From positions 10,934,101-10,998,100 of the forward strand of contig NC_092677.1 in assembly GCF_964355755.1 (NCBI RefSeq): 64,000 bases of DNA, in the 5' to 3' direction. A program made the translations under genes and the position numbers. Position 1 is the first letter of the stretch; every line of letters begins with the position of its first letter. The DNA is from Antedon mediterranea (taxonomy: Eukaryota > Animalia > Echinodermata). Of this stretch, positions 15,001-25,100 are shown one piece after another. The notes under the pieces are model-generated. The model was given only the letters and a program-made list of their open reading frames with translations, searched no databases and was not told the DNA's origin.

Positions 15001-15957
15001 ATGCGCAGAACCTATTATTTGACTCTGCGCATGTTTATTATGCTATAGTAACCATTTATGTCAAAAAATAAAAGGATCGAAAATCGGCCATTTTTCGTAA
15101 ATTTTCCTGTACTATAGTACCGGGATTTTTTCAAGAAATGGCCAATTTTCGACCTTTTTATTTTTCGATAAAACTAGTTACTATAGCACAATTGACATGC
15201 GCAGAACACATTATTCGACTCTGCGGATGTTTATTATACTATAGTAACCATTTATGTCAAAAGTGGTTACTATAGCACAATTGACATGCGCAGAACCCAT
15301 TATTTGACTCTGCGCATGTTTATTATGCTATAGTAACCATTTATGTCAAAAAATAAAAGGGTTGAAAATCAGCCATTTTTCGAAAATTTCCCTTACTATA
15401 GTACAGGAATTTTTTCAGGAAATGGAAAATTTTCGATCTTTTTATTTTTCGATAAAACTGGTTACTATAGCACAATTGACATGCGCAGAACCCATTATTC
15501 GACTCTGCGCATGTTTATTATGCTATAGTAACCATTTATGTCAAAAAATGAAAGGGTCGAAAATCGGCCATTTTTCGTAAATTTTCCTGTACTATAGTAC
15601 AGGGATTTTTTCAAGAAATGGCCAATTTTCGACCTTTTTATTTTTCGATAAAACTAGTTACTATAGCACAATTGACATGCGCAGAACCCATTATTCGACT
15701 CTGCGCATGTTTATTATACTATAGTAACCATTTATGTCAAAAGTGGTTACTATAGCACAATTGACATGCGCAGAACTCATTATTTGACTCTGCGCATGTT
15801 TATTAAGCTATAGTAACCATTTATGTCAAAAAATAAAAGGGTCGAAAATCGGGCATTTTTCGTAAATTTTCCTGTACTATAGTACAGGGATTTTTTCAAG
15901 AAATGGCCAATTTTCAACCTTTTATTTTTCGATAAAACTGGTTACTATAGCACAATT
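1..15957. repeat. Composite satellite array of two palindromic modules: A (89 bp) and B (~107 bp), mostly A-A-B (285 bp), with A-B and A-A-A-B variants
   Basis: A = GGTTACTATAGC-acaattg-ACATGCGCAGA-acccattattcgac-TCTGCGCATGT-ttattat-GCTATAGTAACC-atttatgtcaaaagt. B is centred on CCTGTACTATAGTACAGG. Spurious ORF starts recur at offsets of 89 and 285. The array ends at ...gttactatagcacaatt (~15957). Confidence 0.98.
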
Positions 15958-16182
15958 ATACCAAATTTTGGATTTAAAAACAACATATAGAGGTGACATG
16001 CGCAGGAGTATATAGTAATACTGTGGGCTAGTGTTACCAGACAGTTCTGAAAATTTTACTTCGTTTTGATTTAGGTTTTTTTTTCTATCTTTATTGAGAT
16101 CCAGCCACTGGTATCAACAGCATTGTTTCAGTAATTTGCCTTTTGGATAGGCCTATTATACGCATAAAAAAACATGGCGGCC

Positions 16183-19100
16183 TCAAGGTCCTATTGCATT
16201 TGCTATTAATAATGACTTTGGAGCCATGACAAAACGTGGAATCCATTTAGCCAGTCGCCATTTTCCTATGTAGAGCATATTTGCCCGAAGACTTAATGGA
16301 TGCAGAGGTTTAATTCCATGGACATCAGTGAACTTAAACGTATCCGCTATATCTACAGTTGTATAAATTTCGCCGGTTTTATCCATGATATTTTGATCTA
16401 TATAAAGAGACAGTTAAATATCGTTTATAATTTGTTTGGTTAGATAATAACAATTATCATGTTTTTATTATTAATAACATGAACTTACACATAAACATGA
16501 ACTTATTCACAAATATCAAACATAAAATTAGACTCCCCGGCGTACTCAACGAATATTTGAGGAGTACTCAACTAATTTGAGGCGTACTCAACGAATATTT
16601 TGATAAACTTTCAATATCGAAGTGAGCCCTACTATTCCTATTGTATAAATCCCTTCATATTTAATTTACTAAAAACATTAATAATTTGTCTTATTTTAAG
16701 CAATATTGTTTGTAGTAATAATTCATTAATAAGAGGGTGAACATAAACATCGACAAAAATAATAAAGTGTCGATGCTTGGCTATACAATACACAGCCTTG
16801 TAATTTTGCCAAAAACTAGTTGAATTTTGACAATTTCGATAATTCTTTTTTAACACGAAATTATTATATACGAGTAACCTGAAAACTGTATCCAAATGAT
16901 TACTAAATACAATGAATATAATAGATTATTTCAAAAATATAAAAGTTTTACCTGTTACCAGATTCAGCACTGCTTTAGCTACGAACTGAGGAGTCTCACC
17001 TTGAGAAAGAGCCATTTCTTCCTGATAATAAGGACGTTGCAGTATTATAATAGGGAGGTTTCGCAACCTTACGAATACGATAACGAAAACGGATACGTCA
17101 CACATTTGTGAAACTTTTGATCCCCATTTCATATTCGTAAAGCGTATTCGTGTTGACGAATATCACCAGTCATATTCGTAACTACAAAACGAGTATAGGT
17201 TTTTATCTATTTTGCATTTGAATCAGGAATGATTCATGACTATAATATAATTATACCTTTATTGAAAGTAATTTACTAAAGTAATTTACTAAAATGCTAG
17301 GCCAATTTTGATATAGCCGTTTGCTGTTGGTGTTTCTACATCAGCTGGAGGTTTTACTACATTAGCGGTGGATTGTTCTACATTAACGGTTGTTTCGACA
17401 TTAGTTAGCGTTTTCTACATTAGCGGTTGTAACACGCCGCGCAAAGATAAATTGCATTTTAATATTATTGCGCATACATGTTAGAGAGTGAATTGTGGAA
17501 CGTGTGTTAGGTAAAACAACTTTTTAGATTTAAGCCACTGAAATGAAATATTTATTTTCAACCTAAAAGATGAATTTGAAAGCCAAGATTGAAATATTTA
17601 AAGTAAAGTTAAAGTAAACGTACTTCAAAGTTAAGTTTGTTTTGATTTACACACTCAAGAAGGAACTCGGTCTTGACTAAGCCAGGCAAAAGCGACAACA
17701 CAGCCACACCGTATTCTTTAAGTTCTCGTGAACAATCTTCTGTCATTCTATCGCACTGAAAATTAGATTAGTAAATTATCATAGAACAAACCAGACTACA
17801 GAGATATTAAACTATTGAATTTTATTTACAGCATGCGTAGGTCTTGTTGAGAAAAATTGAAGTTGAATAAAATTATAATGCCCGGTTTAAATACCAACAA
17901 CAGTTTATATCGAAATAAAAAAAATACGATTTTGTCATTTAGTGCCCTCCATACCTATCATAATAATTTGTACGACATACGGAAAAAACGATATACCTAC
18001 TGCCGCTTTATTGATTCCATATGCTGTGTTAAACAGTGCTTTGAATCCGGACATCGACGATACATTTATAATGACGCCTCTTCTTGCTGGAACCATCAAA
18101 GAAGCGGCTCGTCTCGAAGCTATATAGTAAGACCTTAACACAGAAAGGAATACTTAAGTGTAGGTGTGTGAATGCAGGTAATGTCTGTTGAATTTCAATG
18201 GTTCGTTAAGGGTTAGTTCACACTAGAAGCATTAAATTCGTGTCTAATTTTAGTATTTGTAGTCTTACGAGAATTCTAAAGTTCTATAAAAATCATACCT
18301 CATTCCTGCTTGACTGGCCATATCCCATAATTCCAATGAAGCTTGCCAAAATGGCTCATTTCGTTTTTCTTTCAAAACCTAATTGCAACATAGAATGATA
18401 CTTTATTCAGCATGCATTTTGCAAAATCAGTCGAAGAAAATGCGGATATGGAAACAAATTTCCTTCAAATCTCCTACGACAGATCCTTTAATTCCTTCTT
18501 CTAAGGCTTGGTTGCCAATAGCGACGGAACGTAACGCAACCGACGCAACGTAAGAAAATGCCATTCCGATAATTCTGTTTGCCCCCGCCTGCGTGAAATC
18601 AAATCTGCGATATTTGCAGCATTGTTGCGTCGTCGGTTTCCATTTGTGATTACGCAATACAGCACTTTGCGTCAATACGTCACTGCGTTGCGTTGCTAGT
18701 GGGAACCACGCTTCACAATTAATGACCTGTTGTATGGTTGCAGTAACTTTATATTGTACTACTTGCATTAAATATCTATGATATGGTCCCCAATAGGACG
18801 CAACGTAAGCGAGTATATAATAATAATCCATCGCTTGTGATTGGTCAAATTACTTGCATTTCATCCTAGTATTGTAAAATTCAACTACTGAAAGTTGTAA
18901 TAAAAGTATTTTATACTATAAGTTTTAGTGGGGAAACCAAGCTTTAACAACACTCAAGAAACATTACTACTTCAGTAACCACCGCAGTAAAAAATGATAA
19001 TGAATCTTACTGGTTCTCCAGAAAAGGCACAGTTGACAAGCACGTCCAGTTGACAGTACTTCTCGTCTCTTACTCTGTCAAACAGATGTTCCATATCATC

Positions 19101-22100
19101 AACCGAGGTGTGATCACATTCTACCGGTATGCATATTCCACCAGCAGCTTCGGCCTACAAAATGTTTTATTTCAGTCCAATGTATTTCAAAAATGCAAAC
19201 ATATTGAAGTGGAATTTGTTCAAGAATAACAATAATTAACGATTTTTTTATAAATTATAATAAAGGAAGTACTGTATAGATACTAAAATAAAATGATCCT
19301 AAAAATAAAAAACAAAGGAAACGAAAGAAGAAGCAAACTAAAACCATACAATTGATAGGTCTAATCGAAAAAAGTTTATTGATATTTCAAAGTAATTTAA
19401 ACAGAGCTGTATCGACACTACACTATAGAAAGCTATGTAATATTTTGATTATGGTTTTATCGACTCAATCTAAAAAATTTACTTTGTAAATTACAAAAAA
19501 TCGACAGTTTAGTGGTCCAGTCGAGTCACTTATACACACACAGTATAAACTAATTTCGTTCTGGACCAGTCGTTTTAATTCACTTGCCCAAGTTAAGACG
19601 ATTATTCAACCTGAAAGTTGTTTAAACCGCGTAAGCTTGCCTACTCATGATTCAACCAGAACAATTACTACACTTCCCTATATTAGAATATCGTAAATAC
19701 TGTTATAATTGTCAGTTGTTGATATTTGGTTCAAAGCGAGAAAGTAATTTTGATGGTCTGTTAAACACGTTTGCGTTACATCTTTCTAATTTCCGTGTGC
19801 GTTTCTTTACTCGACGAAAACACGCCGCTTTCTTTTCTACGGACGTATAGCGGTATTTTCGTAAGCAGTTTTCCATTTCATTTGTTTTAATGAAACAACA
19901 ACAACCGTCCGGGGAAACGTATAGTTTATTTCGTCTAGAAATCTCACCGTGTACCTGTATGACTTCAATCAACGTATCATCGTTGTGATAAACGTGCACT
20001 TCTTGTTCTCTTAATAAAACTAGAGTCTGATTTTTAGAATCGACAGTTACGGCGATCGGGTGCTGCTCACCAAAATCACCGAAACGTTTTATATCTAGGC
20101 AGCTATCTTTCATGTTTACTCTGAAAACAACTTTTGAGTCAGTATCACAAACGTACATAAACCCTTTCTCAGAAAAACATACATCCGACGGCCATTGTAG
20201 TGCTTCAGGAAGCGATAACCTCCTGTTTTCACCGCCGGTAACCGGATCCATAACATACACGCACTTGCTTTCTGTGTCGCTTACCAGTAACTCGTTTGTA
20301 ATTTTGTTGACGCATAATGCACTGGGAGACGCAATGCTCGTTACTCTGACGGAATACAACATCTTGTGCGTTTGTACGTCATAAACTTCTAAAACTTTCT
20401 TCAAAACGAATAAGACATAAAGTTTTAAATCTACGCTTGTTATTAATGAAACGTCTCTTGTTTGTACTTGAATATTTGAATGAAATCTTCCGGCTGCATC
20501 CAAGAGGACGACACGGTTATTTTGGGCGGTGTCGGCAACGATAATGCGGCCATCTTCTGTCACACATATATCGGATACTTTACCGAAGAACTCCGAGGAA
20601 GGTCCACCATCAAACTGCAAGTGGTCGCTGACGTCAACAGTTATTGACGAATATCTAAATGAAGCATTATTGACTTTAATATCCAAAGTGTGACAACCAA
20701 TAGTTGTAGGAAAGAATGATATAGTCCAGGAATTTCCGGTGAATGATACGTCACAAACTTGAGAGAAGCCATCGGGACTTTTGATGTTAGCGGAGAATGT
20801 TGGGATGTAATCCAGTTGTTTCTGAATGAATCCACAGCAATCCAGTGCGTAAACCATGACATCACACGTTCCGTCAACAAGGGCACCTCTAACATCAACC
20901 ATCAAACTCCCAACTTTGCATTCCAATACGAATTCTTTGAGCTTTCTCTCCGAAATGAATATTTTAAAAATACCATTAGATTCTGGAAAGAATGTTGCCA
21001 TTAGAGAACTTTTATTGTCAACAGACGTCAACTCAAATGGCATATTTACGTCTTCTGGTGAAGCTATCCTTATGGAAGTTTTAACTCCTGGAGTTTTTCC
21101 AAACTTCACAACATTCTCCACATATGCAAATGAGGTGCGCATTGCGCACTCTTTAACTGGAACCTTAAAATGTTTCACCTTTTCTTCTTCTTGATCTGAT
21201 ATAACTAATGTATACGGATCTAAGCTGCGAGGTGTAAATGTTACACTAGCTGCCATTTCGTGAAACTTACAAGTGCTAACTACTACATTCGTTTCGTCTG
21301 AATGAACACGAATGTCAAATTTTTTCAGATCCAAAGATTTGGTTCCAACAACTTCAAATTTAACTTGCGATTCTTTACCAAAGTAGGCATGTGAGGAAAT
21401 TAATATTACATCATAGCAATCGACATGACCCTGTAACGTGTGTGTCGTGTCTGAAAGGCGCGTGTATGGTACGCGTACTTTTATGGTATGTTCTCCAACG
21501 TTTAGCGGCAAGAAACAAATTGTGTACGTACCATTATGGTTATCAATAATTTTACATTTGTGCGATTCAGTGGTAGGTGTATGTACCTCGGCAGTGAATT
21601 TTATGCCGCCAAACTTACAAACATTTCTATCACGATCGAACGTCTTCAACTGAAGTTTACAAAGTTTACCAACAACCGCAGCCGTGCAGCCCTTTAATTC
21701 TGTCAGCGACGGAACAAATGAACAAAAGTTAATACTGCCAGCGATATTATTAACTTCATTAGTAAAGTCATCAAAACATTCTGAGTTCCAATTTATAATG
21801 TAATCTGTTGTTACAAATGGGCTACGTGAGCGTGATTGAGAACGTACCAATTGTTGATGGGTAGTCATTGTTTGTTTCTTAGTCGTTTCGTATTCGTCAT
21901 CAATAACATTGTGTATCTTTAAACGCGTTTTACTGACTTCGTCGCGTAAAGATTCCTTTCTTTTTTGTAAAACATCTATCAATTTATTAAATCGACCATT
22001 TATCATTTTTAAGGTTTCTTCACATTGATTGTTAACTTCATCTTTTTTCTTCTCTATTTTATAATATAAATCTTCTTTTGAAGTTTCCGAATTGCTATCA

Positions 22101-25100
22101 ATTTGGCGTATTTCTAGTTTCTTGTACGGTTTTTGTTCCTGACCTCCGACGTCACTTTCACCTGGAGGTGCTTCCAAGTGACCATTTGTTAACTGTTCAA
22201 CGTATTCGTCATCAGCAAAAGTTTCTTCACTTTGTTGGTTAACTTCATTTTTTTTATTCTGTATTTTGTGATGTACATCTTCTTTTGAAGTTTCCGAATT
22301 GCTATCAATTCGTCGTATTTCTAGTTTCTTGTGCGGTTTTTGTTTCAGACCTCCGACGTCACTTTCATCAGAAGGCGCTTTCACGGGGTCATTCGTTAAC
22401 TTTTTTTCAACATTTTTTTCACATTGTCGATTAACTCCATCTTTTTGCTTCTGTATCTTAAGATGTACATCTTCTTTCGAAGTTGCCGAAAAGCTATCAA
22501 ACCGCCGTATATCTAGTTTCTTGTACGGTTTTTGTTTCAGAGCTCTGACGTCACTTTCATCAGAAGGTGCTTTCATGTGACCACTATTCTGTTTAATGAA
22601 TTCGTCATTGGCAAAATTGTACAATGTGACATTATGACCAGAAGTATGACACTCCTTACACGATGAACATATCTTTTTGATGCAAGTGTCGCACCAGGCG
22701 ATGGCGTGGTTGTCGTGGCAGATGTTACATTTATTTATCCTGGGGTATTCAACTTGCCCAGGCTGGCTCTTTTGCGATGTGTTTACGCGATACATGATCA
22801 AATGTGCAACACACAACGCCTAAGCCCAAAACATCAGTAACTACTTGCCGGTAATAGCCTAGCTTTGGACATCATTTGTTGGCTTCTTATGTTGAGTAGA
22901 CATTCCGTATGTTATAAAGTACGGTGCAGTAAGACTAATGGTACAGTAAGTAGTAGTCCACGGGTTTCATTAAATGAATCCACGTTACAAAAAAATGTTA
23001 TGAAATAATGCTGTCGATATATAAAACTGTCCGAATTGGTAAGCTTACACCATAACGAAACACGAATGTTCTACTAGTGTTTTAGAATGGGCGAGACAAA
23101 TAATACACAATAGTTTGGACTATGAACTCAGATGATAAATGAACAACGTGTGAGGATGTTTGTCTTACGATAATAAAGCTTATACAATTAAACATTTAGG
23201 TTAAAACCCATTAATTCAAGATTACATTTTCTACCATAAAATATGTTATTTAAGAAAAAAAAAACATTTTTATTTTATTAAATATATTTTAAAACAAACA
23301 CAATTAAAAGTATTCGATATATTTACCAACAACAGAATAATGCCTAGACAGTTTGTGTCTAAAGCACTATAGCCTTCGCTATACAGATATGTTATTATTG
23401 ACGTAAATAGCTGTTTCACTCAAGAAAAATAGTTATTGTCATTGTTTATTTAATATAATTGTTATAATAGCACATCAATTTCAGATACACTGTACTGTAC
23501 ACTGTAATTGTGCATTTTAAATATTCAGTTGGTACAAACGTCCCAAGTTAGTTTGCAGCAACACTGCCTCATTTTATTATTATTTTATTATTAAAAATGG
23601 GGAAAACAATAATGTAATAATAACAACTTAGGTTACAGTATTAAACATGTTCTTCGCACACAACAACTCTATACCACTTTCGGTTGGTGGCTGAGTGCTA
23701 TTGCAATGTACAGTGTCAAACTATAATGTTTTGTCAATGTTTACATTAACTCTCTATTCTTCATTGTGGAGTAGACTCAAATCTAAACAACTTCGTGATT
23801 TTTTATCCTGGCCAGGAAACTGAAAAGGAAGACAGAGTAGAAGGCGACTCAATGAATCCGGACTTGAACTTGCACTTCTTGAGCTAACCACTAGTGACCC
23901 ATTTGAAGAGAACCGGCGCCCTCTTGGTCGACCACTTGTACGATGCGACGTCCTAATTTCTAGCGTTGATTTCTCAATCGAGCCATAATGATACTTCCTC
24001 AAACAATTCTCTTTCTCGTTGTTTTTGATAAAGTATCCATCTGGCATTAACTGCATCTTGCTTCTTCTGGATAGGGAACCTCTAGTTTTCAAAATTCCCA
24101 AAAGCTTGCAATCATTCCCGTAAAGACACATTTGCTGAGTGCGCAATAAAACCAGCAATCGGTTATCGTCATCTATAGCAACGGCGACCGGGTCTTTCAA
24201 CACATCCTCGCTTCCAACATTCTTGTTAACTTTAGCACCTCGTTTATTCATCACGAAAACTGTACCGGCATCCGTGTCGCAAACGTATAAGATACCCTTC
24301 TTATCAACGCACACGTCAGACGGCCATTTTAGAGGTGCGTCAAGAGGTGTGATACGATAATCTTCTTTAAAATTCTCTGGATCAATGACGAAAATACATT
24401 TCTTCTCAGTGTCACTAATTAGCAAGGTATTGTCGTACCTATCCAAGATCAGCGCACTAGGTGCGCCAATTCCATCCATGGACGTAGAAAATAAGCATTT
24501 ATGGGTCTGGATATCGTAAACTTCCATTATCTTCTTTATTATGCATAACACGTATATTTTAGTTCCAGAGTAGTTAATGGCAATTAATGAAACATCTCTT
24601 GTTTTTACTGGAATTGAAGAATGAAATCTAGAGTCAGGGTCCAATATCACAATGCGATTACTTTCAACTGTGTCTGCAATGTACGTGTCTCCGTCAACTG
24701 AAGTGCATATATCAGAAGCGATGCCGAAAAACTCCGAAGACGAACCTCCAAAGATCTCCACATGCTTATTGACTTCAATTTGTATTGGGGATTCTCTGAA
24801 GACAACGCCGTCGAGGAATAACATCATATGGTAGAAGCCGATTGACTTGGGAATGTACGAGATCTGCCAAGATCCGGTTTGCAATAAAATGTCACAGTTG
24901 ACAGTACATCCATCCAAATTTGACAGTTGAGCGGTTAGTTGAACATCTTCAATGGCGTCATTAAGTGGAAACCCTGAACAATCACAAGCATTAACGATAA
25001 CAGTACAGGTTCCGTTTACGACAGCACCTTTGACATCAACAAGCAATGAACCTACGTGAATGTTCGTACACAAAGCTAAATCATCGTCATCCTTGACTTG

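Noticed and set aside
246-15580. Dozens of 60-90-aa ORFs (MSKVVTIAQLTCAEPII...)
   Set aside because: They are translations of the satellite monomers, with frequent stops and frameshifts between copies and no splice or domain evidence.
1-15957. CRISPR array or attC-like cassette interpretation of the palindromic repeats
   Set aside because: There are no unique spacers or cassettes and no cas or integrase genes, and the context is eukaryotic.
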